DNA of 64,000 bases, taken from positions 1,184,001-1,248,000 of the forward strand of contig CAUVXB020000001.1 in assembly GCA_963555825.3 (NCBI GenBank), read 5' to 3'. The notes below the pieces were generated by a model. That model ran no database searches. It was not told where the DNA came from and saw only the letters and a program-made list of their open reading frames with translations. This DNA is from Alphaproteobacteria bacterium (GTDB lineage Bacteria; Pseudomonadota; Alphaproteobacteria; JAAXGF01). The translations under genes and the position numbers were made by a program. This document shows positions 21,175 to 31,013 of this stretch, in pieces. The stretch's first letter is position 1, and each line of letters starts with the position of its first letter.

Positions 21175-22002
21175 CTAGGCGGTCTCTGCGGCGACGTAGA
21201 GGTAGCTGTTCTGGGCGGCGTGGGCCTCGTCGTAGAAGGCCAGCGCCTCGGGCGCGAAGTCGGCCGCGGGGGACGGCACCGGGACGAAGTGGCCGTAGCG
21301 GTCGGCGCCGCGCACCAGTGCCGCGTAGTCGCGCGCGCCGACCACCTGGCGAACATGCGGCGCGATATAGCGGACGGCGACGCCGACGCGCCGGCGGTCC
21401 GAAACGTTGGGCCCCGAGGCATGGAACATGCGGCCGTGGTGCAGCGACATCTGCCCCGGCGCCAGCACGACGTCGACCGCCTCGTCCTCGTCGACCTCGA
21501 CGGCGATCTCCTGACCGCGCGTCAGCATATTGTCGGCGTCGAAGGTGTCGCGGTGATCGACGATCTCGCGCCGGTGCGAGCCGGGCACGAAGCGCATCGC
21601 GCCGTTCTCGGTCGTCGCCGGCGTCAGCGCCAGCCAGGCGGTCACCTCGTCGATCGAATCGAGGCCCCAGTAAGTCAAATCCTGATGCCAGCTGATATAG
21701 CTCGCGCTGCCCGGCTCCTTGGTGAACAGGGTGCAGCCCCAGACCAAGAGATCGGGACCGAGGATCGTCTCGACCGCGTCGAGGATCGGCGCGAGACGCA
21801 TCAGCTCGTCAACCGCCGGCAACACGATGTGAACGTTGTTCTTGAGGTAGCGGTCGAGCGGCAAATGGGCGAAGGCGCGTTCGGCCGCCTCGATCCGGTC
21901 GAGATAGCCGGCCGCCGTGTCGGCCGCCAGGATGTCGAGCGGAAAGGCATAGCCATCGCGTTGGTAACCGGCGACGAAGTCGGCAGCGCTAGCCGCGTTC
22001 AT
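21175..22002 (-). CDS. Phytanoyl-CoA dioxygenase (PhyH) family protein
   Basis: WHQDLTYW, NGAMRFVPGSH and HASGPN motifs. Confidence 0.92.
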   Translation of the reverse strand: MNAASAADFVAGYQRDGYAFPLDILAADTAAGYLDRIEAAERAFAHLPLDRYLKNNVHIVLPAVDELMRLAPILDAVETILGPDLLVWGCTLFTKEPGSASYISWHQDLTYWGLDSIDEVTAWLALTPATTENGAMRFVPGSHRREIVDHRDTFDADNMLTRGQEIAVEVDEDEAVDVVLAPGQMSLHHGRMFHASGPNVSDRRRVGVAVRYIAPHVRQVVGARDYAALVRGADRYGHFVPVPSPAADFAPEALAFYDEAHAAQNSYLYVAAETA

Positions 22003-22160
22003 TTCACCCTCCCTCGGGGTCTGACCGTCGATCGCGTTATAGCAAGCTCGGCACGTTCCATTCATCCGAAAACTTCGTTTGACGACAAGGAACGGAGCGA
22101 AAGGAACATGTCGCGCCCGTATCTTCAAGCGGACAACGATGCCAGATAAGGACTTTGCCG

Positions 22161-22640
22161 ATGACCACCCTCCGCTTCGAAGCCATGGCCACCGAAACCG
22201 TTCGCGCCCTGCAGAACGGATCGAACGACGCCAACGGCCAGCCGCCCGAGCGCCATGTCGCGGACCGCCCGGGCATGCCGTGCCGCCACTGCCTGGCCGA
22301 AATCGCCGTCGGCGAGCCGTTCATGATCTTAGCCCATCGCCCCTTTCCCGCGCCGCAGCCCTATGCCGAGGTCGGTCCGATCTTCCTGCACGCCGATGGT
22401 TGCGGCCGCTACGACGGGGCCGCGGGTGTCCCGCCGATGTTCCTGGGCTGGCAGGCGCTGCTGCTGCGCGGCTACGGCGACGACGACCGCATCGTCTATG
22501 GCACCGGCACGGTCGTGCCGGTCGCCGAGATTGCCGACGCATCGGCCGCGATCCTCGAGCGGCCCGACATCGCCTATGTCCACGTCCGCTCGTCGACCAA
22601 CAACTGCTTCCAGTGCCGCATCGAACGGGGTTCAGATTAG
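22161..22640 (+). CDS. DUF1203 family protein
   Basis: DANGQPPE, PCRHCL, PYAEVGPIFLHA and HVRS.TNNCF motifs. Confidence 0.88.
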   Translation: MTTLRFEAMATETVRALQNGSNDANGQPPERHVADRPGMPCRHCLAEIAVGEPFMILAHRPFPAPQPYAEVGPIFLHADGCGRYDGAAGVPPMFLGWQALLLRGYGDDDRIVYGTGTVVPVAEIADASAAILERPDIAYVHVRSSTNNCFQCRIERGSD

Positions 22641-22704
22641 GACTGTCGTGAGATAAGCTCGGCGGCGACTCAACGTTGTATCCGCATCGCCGACGGACGA
22701 TTGA

Positions 22705-24111
22705 ATGCCAGGCAGTTCACGATTTTCGCCATCATCGGTCGACCAGGTAATCAAGACAGCGATTCTCGACGTCGATTTGGCGTCGTTGCCGCGCTGGAAG
22801 GCTTGGGCGTACGGTGCCCTGCGCATCGGCTATGTCGTGGTGCGCGACCTGGGTGATGGCATGCTGACGCTCAGGGCCATGAGCCTGGTCTACACGACGA
22901 TTCTTTCGATGGTGCCGATGCTCGCCATCAGCTTCTCGGTGCTCAAGGGCTTCGGCGTCCACAATCAGATCGAGCCGTTCCTGCGCAACGCGCTGGCGCC
23001 ATTGGGTGACAAGGGCCTCGAGATCAGCGCGCTGATCATCGAGTTCGTCGAGAACGTTCAGGTCGGCGTGCTCGGCCTCGTCGGCTTCATTCTGTTGTTC
23101 TACACCGTCGTCTCGCTGATGCAGAAAATCGAGCGGGCGTTCAACTTCACCTGGCACATCACCCAGTCGCGCAGCTTCGCGCAGCGCTTCCGCGACTATC
23201 TCAGCGTCGTCGTCGTCGGCCCCGTCCTGGTCTTCGCCTCGATCGGCATCACCGGTTCGTTGATGAGCAACTCGGTGGTCGAGGCGCTGTCGGCGATGTT
23301 CCTGGTCGGCAACGCCATCGAGATCGCCGGGCGGCTGGTGCCCTACGCGATGATCATCGGCGCCTTCACGTTCATCTACATCTTCATGCCAAACACCAAG
23401 GTGAAGTTCCGCTCGGCGCTGACCGGTGGCATTGTCGCCGGCGTGTTGTGGAACACCGCGGGCTGGGTCTTCGCCTCGTTCATTGTCGCCTCGACCAAGT
23501 ACACGGCGATATACTCAACCTTCGCGACGCTGATCATGTTCATGATCTGGTTGTATCTCGGCTGGCTCATCCTGCTGGTCGGCGCGTCGATCGCGTTCTA
23601 CGACCAGCACCCCGAGCACATCGGCGCGCAGCGCGGCAAGCTGAACATCTCGGGCCGGGTCAAGGAGAAGGTCGCCTTGATGACCGCCTATCTGATCAGC
23701 AATAGCTTCTACACCGGGCGGGCGGCGTGGACGGCGGAAGCCCTCAGCCAGCGGCTCGAGGCGCCGATGGAAGCGGTCGAGGCGGTGCTCGGCGCCTTCG
23801 AGGTCAGCGGCCTGGTGCGGCGCACCGCCGACGAACCGGCCACCTTCCTGCCCGCCCGGCCGCTCGATACGACGCCGATCAAGGACGTCATCGACGCCGT
23901 GCGCGCGGCCGACGAGAGCAGCTATCTCAACGCCGAGCGCCTGCCCCGCGAGGCGCCGGTCGACGCGTTGATTGAGACGCTCGAGCGCGCCGCCGACGCG
24001 GCGCTCGCGGGTCAAACGCTCAAGGATCTCGCGCTGGCGGCCGACGAGACCGACGTGCCCACCGATAGGGCGAGCCGCCCGGTCCCCTTGCAACACGGCA
24101 GCGGCGACTGA
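22705..24111 (+). CDS. YihY/virulence factor BrkB family membrane protein with C-terminal wHTH extension
   Basis: LRAMSLVYTTILSMVP, IERAFNFTW and WLYLGWLILLVGA motifs. Confidence 0.88.
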   Translation: MPGSSRFSPSSVDQVIKTAILDVDLASLPRWKAWAYGALRIGYVVVRDLGDGMLTLRAMSLVYTTILSMVPMLAISFSVLKGFGVHNQIEPFLRNALAPLGDKGLEISALIIEFVENVQVGVLGLVGFILLFYTVVSLMQKIERAFNFTWHITQSRSFAQRFRDYLSVVVVGPVLVFASIGITGSLMSNSVVEALSAMFLVGNAIEIAGRLVPYAMIIGAFTFIYIFMPNTKVKFRSALTGGIVAGVLWNTAGWVFASFIVASTKYTAIYSTFATLIMFMIWLYLGWLILLVGASIAFYDQHPEHIGAQRGKLNISGRVKEKVALMTAYLISNSFYTGRAAWTAEALSQRLEAPMEAVEAVLGAFEVSGLVRRTADEPATFLPARPLDTTPIKDVIDAVRAADESSYLNAERLPREAPVDALIETLERAADAALAGQTLKDLALAADETDVPTDRASRPVPLQHGSGD

Positions 24112-24249
24112 GCAACGCGCGCCGCGCGGCGCACGCGCGGCTCACGATCATGTCATGGCCTATTGAATTGAACAGACGCGGCGCCGGTCAAATATCGTGC
24201 TACGAGTCGGCGGCGATGTGCCGCGGGCCGACCGGTACAGGAGCATGAC

Positions 24250-24747
24250 ATGCATTTGAGAGACATTGGCACCCGAAGCGCGATGGGCGCCGCGGTGGTC
24301 GGCTTGACGGCGGCGTTCGCCGGCCCCGCGTCATCGGCCAAAGAACCAACCGTCATCGAGCTTACCCAGATCGCCTGCCAGTTCCTCGAATCCGAGAACG
24401 GTGTCGACCACGGCTTCACGACCAGCAAGAAGGCTGACTGCGAGGCGATCAACGGCGAGACCGGCGCCGAGCGCCTCGCCGAGGCCAAGGTGATCGAGCT
24501 CGAGCCCGGTACTTACGTCTTCCGCGTGACCAACCAGGACGTGCCCTACGAGCTCGGCTTCTGGCTGCGCGAGCACGACTACAACTGGAAGAACCCGCTG
24601 CACAAGCTAACCAAGACCAGCGTCTCGGGCGGCGGCCTCGCGCCGGGCACGACCAAGGACTACGAGGTCGTGTTGGAGCCCGGCGAGTATCTCTATTCCT
24701 GCCCGCTCAACACGACGCCCGACTACCGGCTGGTGGTCAAGGGTTAG
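24250..24747 (+). CDS. Secreted cupredoxin-like protein
   Basis: Signal peptide; LEPGEYLYSCPLN C-terminal motif; AGGAG RBS. Confidence 0.65.
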   Translation: MHLRDIGTRSAMGAAVVGLTAAFAGPASSAKEPTVIELTQIACQFLESENGVDHGFTTSKKADCEAINGETGAERLAEAKVIELEPGTYVFRVTNQDVPYELGFWLREHDYNWKNPLHKLTKTSVSGGGLAPGTTKDYEVVLEPGEYLYSCPLNTTPDYRLVVKG

Positions 24748-24825
24748 CCCGGCCGGCGTTGGCCGCGCCGCGAATTCGGTTATCATGGGCGCCGCGCAAC
24801 CAATCGACGGGAGGCGGCGGCCGTG

Positions 24826-26481
24826 ATGCGAAGGCTGGCACTATGGGTAGTCGCGGCGCTGATGGCGCTGACCGTCGAGGCGCGCGCGGCGCGCGACGAG
24901 CTGGTCATCGGCATGACCCAGTTCCCCGCCACCTTCAACCCGATCATCAACGCCATGCTGGCGAAATCCTACGTGCTGGCGATGACGCGCCGGCCCTTGA
25001 CCGTCTACGACCAGAGCTGGCAACTGGTGTGCATGCTGTGCACCGAGCTACCGACCATCGAGAACGGCGGCGCGCGGCGCGAGACGCTCGACGACGGCAC
25101 GGAGGGCATCGCCGTCGACTTCACCCTGCAGGCCGGCGCGACCTGGGGCGACGGCACGCCGGTGACGACCGCCGACGTCGTCTTCGGCTGGCAGGTCGGC
25201 CGCCACCCGCTGAGCGGGGTCGCCGACCGAGACTCCTACGAGCGCATCCGCGCCATCGACGTCCACGACGACAAGCGCTTCACCGTCCACCTCGATCGCG
25301 TGTTCTATGATTACGCGGCGCGCGCCTCGATACCCGTGTTGCCGGCGCATCTGGAACGCGAGGCCTTCGCCGAGCCGCGCGAATACCAGCATCGCACGCT
25401 CTACGACACCGATACCGCCAACCCCGGCCTCTACTACGGCCCCTACCGGGTCACCGCGTCGGTCTCGGGCTCGCATGTCGTGCTCGAGCCCAACCCGACC
25501 TGGTGGGGCGATCCGCCGCACTTCAAGCGCATCGTCGTGCGCGTCATCGAGAACACCGCGGCGCTCGAGGCCAATCTGCTATCGGGCTCGATCGACTACG
25601 TCGCCGGCGAGCTCGGTTTCAACATCGACCAGGCGCTGTCGTTCGAGCGCCGCCACGCGCAAGGCTTCGAGGTGCGCTACAAGCCGGGGCTGATCTACGA
25701 GCATATCGACCTCAACCTCGACAACCCGATCCTGCAGGACAGGCGCGTTCGCCGGGCGCTGCTCTACGCGATCGACCGCGAGCAGCTGGTCGCGCAACTG
25801 TTCGCCGGCAAGCAGCCGGTCGCGGCGTCCAACGTCAACCCGCTCGACCGGGTCTATTCCGACGACGTGCCGACATACCCGTACGAGCCGGCCAAGGCGG
25901 CCGCGCTGCTCGACGCGGCGGGCTGGAACGTGCTGAAGGACGGCGTGCGCCACGATGCGTCGGGCGCGCGGCTCACGCTTCAGCTCATGACGACCGCCGG
26001 CAACAAGACGCGCGAGCTGGTCGAGCAGGTGCTGCAGAGTCAATGGCGCGAGGTCGGCATCGATGTCACCATCAAGAACGAGCCGGCGCGCGTCTTCTTC
26101 GGCCAGACCATCGCGCAACGCAGGTTCCCGGCGCTCGGCATGTACGCCTGGCTGTCTTCGCCCGAGTCGATCCCGCGCACGACGCTGCATTCGGGCTCCA
26201 TCCCGACCGAGGCGAACAACTGGTCGGGGCAGAATTCGCCCGGTTTCGTCAACGCCGAGATGGATGCGTTGATCGACGAGGCCGAGGTCGAGCTCGACCC
26301 CGAGGTGCGCAAGGGGTATTGGCGCCGCATGCAGCAGATCTACGCCGAGGAGCTTCCCGTGTTGCCACTCTACTATCGCGCCACGCCCTATGTCGTGCCG
26401 ACTTGGCTCACCGGTATCGAGCCAACCGGCCATCAGGTGACGACGACGTTGTGGATCGAACACTGGCGCGCGACGCCGTAG
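24826..26481 (+). CDS. Peptide ABC transporter substrate-binding protein (family 5)
   Basis: Signal peptide; WGDGTPVTTADV, GPY and VRRALLYAIDR motifs. Confidence 0.92.
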   Translation: MRRLALWVVAALMALTVEARAARDELVIGMTQFPATFNPIINAMLAKSYVLAMTRRPLTVYDQSWQLVCMLCTELPTIENGGARRETLDDGTEGIAVDFTLQAGATWGDGTPVTTADVVFGWQVGRHPLSGVADRDSYERIRAIDVHDDKRFTVHLDRVFYDYAARASIPVLPAHLEREAFAEPREYQHRTLYDTDTANPGLYYGPYRVTASVSGSHVVLEPNPTWWGDPPHFKRIVVRVIENTAALEANLLSGSIDYVAGELGFNIDQALSFERRHAQGFEVRYKPGLIYEHIDLNLDNPILQDRRVRRALLYAIDREQLVAQLFAGKQPVAASNVNPLDRVYSDDVPTYPYEPAKAAALLDAAGWNVLKDGVRHDASGARLTLQLMTTAGNKTRELVEQVLQSQWREVGIDVTIKNEPARVFFGQTIAQRRFPALGMYAWLSSPESIPRTTLHSGSIPTEANNWSGQNSPGFVNAEMDALIDEAEVELDPEVRKGYWRRMQQIYAEELPVLPLYYRATPYVVPTWLTGIEPTGHQVTTTLWIEHWRATP

Positions 26482-26506
26482 GGGCGGGTTTGAAACCCGC
26501 CCCTAC
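26478..26506. repeat. GTAG-type REP palindrome
   Basis: GTAGGGGCGGGTTT-G-AAACCCGCCCCTAC, perfect 14-bp arms. Confidence 0.85.
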
Positions 26507-26516
26507 CGATCCCGAT

Positions 26517-27485
26517 ATGCTGCTCGCGGTGCGCGACCTCGCGGTCGCGTTCCCGGGCGAGACCGGCGAGCACCGCGCGGTCGACGGTATCTCCTATGCG
26601 ATCGAGACCGGGCGCACACTGGGCGTGGTCGGCGAATCGGGCTGCGGCAAGACCGTCGCAGCGCTCGCGCTGATGCGCCTGGTGCCGCCGCCAGGCCGCA
26701 TCGCCGGCGGCAGCATCGTCTTCGATGGCGCCGAGATCACCGGGCTCGGGACCGGCGCGATCGAGGCGCTGCGCGGCGACCGCATGGCGATGATCTTCCA
26801 GGAACCGATGACCGCGCTCAACCCGGTCTTCCCGGTCGGCGACCAGATCGCCGAGGTGCTTGTCGCCCACCGCGGCATGGACGCGGCGCAAGCGGCCGAA
26901 CGGGCGATCGCGCTGCTCGCCCAAGTCGGCATCGCGGCGCCCGCCCAGCGCGCCAACGACTACCCGCACAATCTGTCGGGCGGCATGCGCCAGCGCGTCA
27001 TGATCGCCATGGCGCTGGCTTGCTCGCCGGCGCTGCTGATCGCCGACGAGCCGACCACCGCGCTCGACGTCACGGTGCAGGCGCAGATCGTTGAGCTGTT
27101 GCTGCGTTTGCAGGACGAGGTCGGCATGGCGATCCAGTTCATCAGCCACAGCCTTGGCGTCATTTCCGAGATCGCCGACGAGGTCGTCGTCATGTACGCC
27201 GGACGCATCGTCGAGCGCGCGCCGGCCGGCGAACTGTTCCGCGCGCCGCTGCATCCCTACACCCGGGGCCTGCTCGAGACCGTGCCGCGCATCGGCGCGC
27301 GCCTGCCGCGCCTGCCGGCCATCCCCGGCGCCGTGCCGAGCCCGGCGAGCCGGCCCCAGGGCTGCGCCTTCCGCAACCGCTGCCCCTGGGCCGAGGCACG
27401 CTGCGCCGAGTCCGAGCCGGTGCTCGAGACGCTCGCTCCGGGCCACCAGGCGGCGTGCTTCGTCGCCGCCGGGGGCGGCCCGTGA
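26517..27485 (+). CDS. Peptide ABC transporter ATP-binding protein (DppD-like)
   Basis: [16 protein letters not shown] and ADEPTTALD motifs; C-terminal Cys motif. Confidence 0.93.
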   Translation: MLLAVRDLAVAFPGETGEHRAVDGISYAIETGRTLGVVGESGCGKTVAALALMRLVPPPGRIAGGSIVFDGAEITGLGTGAIEALRGDRMAMIFQEPMTALNPVFPVGDQIAEVLVAHRGMDAAQAAERAIALLAQVGIAAPAQRANDYPHNLSGGMRQRVMIAMALACSPALLIADEPTTALDVTVQAQIVELLLRLQDEVGMAIQFISHSLGVISEIADEVVVMYAGRIVERAPAGELFRAPLHPYTRGLLETVPRIGARLPRLPAIPGAVPSPASRPQGCAFRNRCPWAEARCAESEPVLETLAPGHQAACFVAAGGGP

Positions 27486-28468
27486 GCGCCGCGCCGCTGA
27501 TCGAGGCGCGCGGCGTCTCGAAGCACTTCGCGTTGCGCGGCGCCGGCCTGTTCGCGCCGCACGCCGGCACGGTCCACGCGGTCGAGGACGTCAGCCTCGC
27601 CGTGCACGCCGGCGAGACCTTCGCGCTGGTCGGCGAATCGGGCTCCGGCAAGACGACGCTGGCCCGCACGCTCGGCCTGCTGCACCGCCCGAGCGCCGGT
27701 TCCCTGCACTATGAAGGTCGAGACGTCGAAGGCATGAATAGACGCGATATCAAAGCGTTACGCCGAAACGTTCAGATTATTTTTCAAGACCCGCAGGGCA
27801 GCCTGAATCCCCGCATGACGGTCGCGGCGATCATCGCCGAGCCGTTGCGCATCCACCACATTGGCGACCGCCGAAGCCGCGCCGAATCGGTGCGCGGACT
27901 AATGGACTCCGTGGGCCTTTCGGCCGATCTCGCCGACCGCTATCCTCATGAGTTTTCGGGCGGCCAGCGCCAGCGCATCGGCATCGCCCGCGCGCTCGCG
28001 CTGGCGCCCAAGTTGGTGATCGCCGACGAGCCGGTATCGGCGCTCGACGTCTCGGTCCAGAGTCAGGTGCTCAACCTGATGCAGGACCTCAAGGAGAGCC
28101 GTGGGCTGACCTATCTGTTCATCGCCCACGACCTGGCGGTGGTCGATCACATCGCCGACCGGGTCGCGGTGATGTACTTCGGCCGTATCGTCGAGCAGGC
28201 GACCCGCGACGAGTTGTTCGCGCGGCCGAGCCACCCCTATACCCAGGCGCTGCTGCGCGCCGCGCCGACGCCCGGCGCCGGCAAGCGAAAGCCCGGTCTC
28301 AGCCTCGGCGGCGAGGTGCCCAACCCGCTCGCGCCGCCGACCGGCTGCCCGTTCCATCCGCGCTGTCCGCGCGCCGCCGACATCTGCCGCGCCACCTTGC
28401 CGCCACTCGAGCCGGTGCCCGGCGGCGACGGCCACCGGGCGGCCTGTCATTTCAAGGACGAGGGCTGA
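27482..28468 (+). CDS. Peptide ABC transporter ATP-binding protein (DppF-like)
   Basis: GESGSGKT, FSGGQRQR and CPFHPRCP motifs. Confidence 0.93.
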   Translation: MSAAPLIEARGVSKHFALRGAGLFAPHAGTVHAVEDVSLAVHAGETFALVGESGSGKTTLARTLGLLHRPSAGSLHYEGRDVEGMNRRDIKALRRNVQIIFQDPQGSLNPRMTVAAIIAEPLRIHHIGDRRSRAESVRGLMDSVGLSADLADRYPHEFSGGQRQRIGIARALALAPKLVIADEPVSALDVSVQSQVLNLMQDLKESRGLTYLFIAHDLAVVDHIADRVAVMYFGRIVEQATRDELFARPSHPYTQALLRAAPTPGAGKRKPGLSLGGEVPNPLAPPTGCPFHPRCPRAADICRATLPPLEPVPGGDGHRAACHFKDEG

Positions 28469-28471
28469 ACG

Positions 28472-29440
28472 ATGTTGCGTTACATCGCCGGCCGCCTGAT
28501 CGAGTCGCTCGTCGTGCTCGCCGTGATGAGCTACCTGATCTATGCGCTGATCGGCCTGATGCCGGGCGACCCGATCGACATCATGGTCCAGGCCGACCCC
28601 AACCTGACGCCCGACGACGCGGCGCGGCTCAAGGCACTCTACGGCCTCGACAAGCCGCTGCACGAGCGCTACCTCAACTGGCTTGCCGCAGCCTTTCAAG
28701 GCGACTTCGGCTACTCGCGCATCAGCAACCAGCCGGTGCTCGCCACGCTCGGGCCCCGGCTGGTCAACACGCTGGTGCTGATGGGCCTTGGCTTCGTCGC
28801 CTCGCTCGCCATCGCGCTGCCGATCGGCATCTATTCGGCGCTCCGCCCCTACAGCGCGCGCGACTACGCCATCAACTTCGCGGCGCTGGCCGGCATTTCG
28901 ATTCCGGTGTTCTGGTTCGCGCTGATGCTGATCTTCCTGTTCGCCGTCGTCTGGGGGGTGCTGCCGGCCGGCGGCATGCACACGATCGGCGTCGATAGCC
29001 TGGCCGACCGGGCGCGGTACCTGGTGCTGCCCGTCCTGACGCTCAGCGCGGCGAGCGCCGGCGGCTTCACCCGCTTCATGCGCGCCTCGATGATGGAGAC
29101 GATGCGCCAGGACTACATCCGCACCGCGCGCGCCAAGGGATTGCCGGCGCGGCGCGTTGTGCTCAAGCACGCGCTGCGCAACGCGCTGATCCCGGTGGTG
29201 ACGATCGCCGCGTTGAGCTTCGGCGCGCTGTTCTCCGGCGCGTTGATCACCGAGACGATGTTCTCGTATCTCGGCATGGGCAAGCTGATCTACGACTCGA
29301 TCCTCGGCAATGACTACAACGTCGCCATGGTCAGCCTGCTGTTCGCCACGCTGCTGACGCTGGCCGCAAATCTGATCGCCGACGTCTGCTATGCCTGGCT
29401 CGACCCGCGCATCTCCTACGGCGGGGAGCGCCCGACATGA
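28472..29440 (+). CDS. Peptide ABC transporter permease (DppB-like)
   Basis: PGDP and DYIRTARAKGL motifs, LDPRI C-terminus. Confidence 0.93.
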   Translation: MLRYIAGRLIESLVVLAVMSYLIYALIGLMPGDPIDIMVQADPNLTPDDAARLKALYGLDKPLHERYLNWLAAAFQGDFGYSRISNQPVLATLGPRLVNTLVLMGLGFVASLAIALPIGIYSALRPYSARDYAINFAALAGISIPVFWFALMLIFLFAVVWGVLPAGGMHTIGVDSLADRARYLVLPVLTLSAASAGGFTRFMRASMMETMRQDYIRTARAKGLPARRVVLKHALRNALIPVVTIAALSFGALFSGALITETMFSYLGMGKLIYDSILGNDYNVAMVSLLFATLLTLAANLIADVCYAWLDPRISYGGERPT

Positions 29441-30360
29441 CCGCGGCGCCGCGTTCGATGACCGCGCTGACGATGCGCCGCTTTTCGCGCCACCGCATGG
29501 CGCTGGCCGGCGCGGTAGTGCTCGGGCTGCTATCGCTCGCCGCGGTGGCCGCGCCGTTGGTCGAGTTGGCGCTCGGCGTCGACGCCACCAAGGTCGACCT
29601 GCTGGCGCGCTTCGCCGCGCCCTCGGCCGACCACCCGCTGGGCGCCGATGCACTGGGCCGCGACGTGCTCGTCCGGCTGCTCTACGGCGGGCGCGTCTCG
29701 CTGCTCGTCGGCCTGATAACGGCCTTCGCCGCCGCGTTGATCGGCACGACGGTCGGCCTCGCCGCCGGTTACTACGGCGGCGCCGCCGACGCCGTGCTGA
29801 TGCGCGTCACCGACGGCGTCATCGCCCTGCCGCTGCTGCCGCTGCTGATCATCCTGGCGGCGGTCGATTTGGCCAAGATACCCGTGCTCGCGCCGATCGC
29901 GGCGAGCGAGGACGCCAGCCTCTATCGCATCATCCTGATCATCACGCTGGTCGGCTGGACGACGGTGGCGCGGCTGGTGCGCGGCGCGGCGCTGAGCTTG
30001 CGCGAACGCGAGTACGTGCTGGCCGCACGCAGCCAGGGCGCCGGCGGCTTGCGCATCATGGCGACGCATATCCTGCCCAACTGCGTCTCGCCAATCATCG
30101 TCGCCACAACGCTCTCGGTCGGCAACATCATCCTGTTCGAATCGGTGTTGAGCTTCCTGGGCCTCGGCATCCAGCCACCGATCGCGAGCTGGGGCAATAT
30201 GCTCAATAACGCCCAGGAGCTGATCTACGAGTCGCCGGCGCTGGCTTTCTACCCCGGCGTGCTAATCTTCCTCACCGTCGTCGCCTTCAACTTTCTGGGT
30301 GACGGCCTGCAGGACGCGCTCGACCCGAAGGCGGTCGACGACCCAGAGCGCTTCGCTTGA
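29437..30360 (+). CDS. Peptide ABC transporter permease (DppC-like)
   Basis: HPLGADALGRD, EYVLAARSQG and LSFLGLG motifs. Confidence 0.93.
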   Translation: MTAAPRSMTALTMRRFSRHRMALAGAVVLGLLSLAAVAAPLVELALGVDATKVDLLARFAAPSADHPLGADALGRDVLVRLLYGGRVSLLVGLITAFAAALIGTTVGLAAGYYGGAADAVLMRVTDGVIALPLLPLLIILAAVDLAKIPVLAPIAASEDASLYRIILIITLVGWTTVARLVRGAALSLREREYVLAARSQGAGGLRIMATHILPNCVSPIIVATTLSVGNIILFESVLSFLGLGIQPPIASWGNMLNNAQELIYESPALAFYPGVLIFLTVVAFNFLGDGLQDALDPKAVDDPERFA

Positions 30361-30573
30361 CGCAGCGTGCCTTTTTCCGGCGCGTAATTTCGTGTTATCG
30401 CGCTAATAGGGGAGCTCACGGCGATCAGCCGCGCCGTCCGCCGCATCGCGGACCACGCGACGCGCGAGGCCGCCTTCGTTCGGCGGTTACGGGAGCAAAA
30501 CACGACAATAATGCAAGCCTGGCCCTGATATCTCTACACGCGCCGAAATTCGGTGGACCCGCGACGTCTGGGT

Positions 30574-30921
30574 TTAGTCGCCCTGCATCATAAAATGGAA
30601 GTGCAGAATTTCAGCGCCTTGCGCGAAGCCGATCGCCGCCTTCGCCCGAGCGATGGCGCGGGCGTGATCGAAGGCACCCTGGGGCTTGTCGTGATTGTGC
30701 TTGGCCGCGGCGAGGGACGCCTTGGCATCGTCGAGCAAGGCGTGGACCAGGGCCGCGTTGTCATCCGACATCTCGCCCTTCATGGCCGCCATGTCGTTGA
30801 CGACGTCGACGATCATGTCCTCCGCCTCGGCGATGTGCCGGGGACATTGGAACGCCCTAGCTTCGGACGACGCGACAACCGCGAGCACCGCCGCCGCGGC
30901 AAGAACTCCCTTAGCTCCCAT
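30574..30921 (-). CDS. Small secreted helical His/Met-rich hypothetical protein
   Basis: Signal peptide ending ARA-FQCP; GAGGAG RBS; typical codon usage. Confidence 0.65.
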   Translation of the reverse strand: MGAKGVLAAAAVLAVVASSEARAFQCPRHIAEAEDMIVDVVNDMAAMKGEMSDDNAALVHALLDDAKASLAAAKHNHDKPQGAFDHARAIARAKAAIGFAQGAEILHFHFMMQGD

Positions 30922-31013
30922 CACGACTCTCCTCACTCGATTCGTCTCGGCTGACCGTATCTCGATGTCCGGTTGGACCGAACGTTAGCACGAATCACGC
31001 CGAAATTGAGTAA

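Noticed and set aside
30380-30570. Possible fourth repeat copy or ncRNA (GGCCGCCTTCGTTCGGCGG)
   Set aside because: Only one short partial match; the second conserved block is absent
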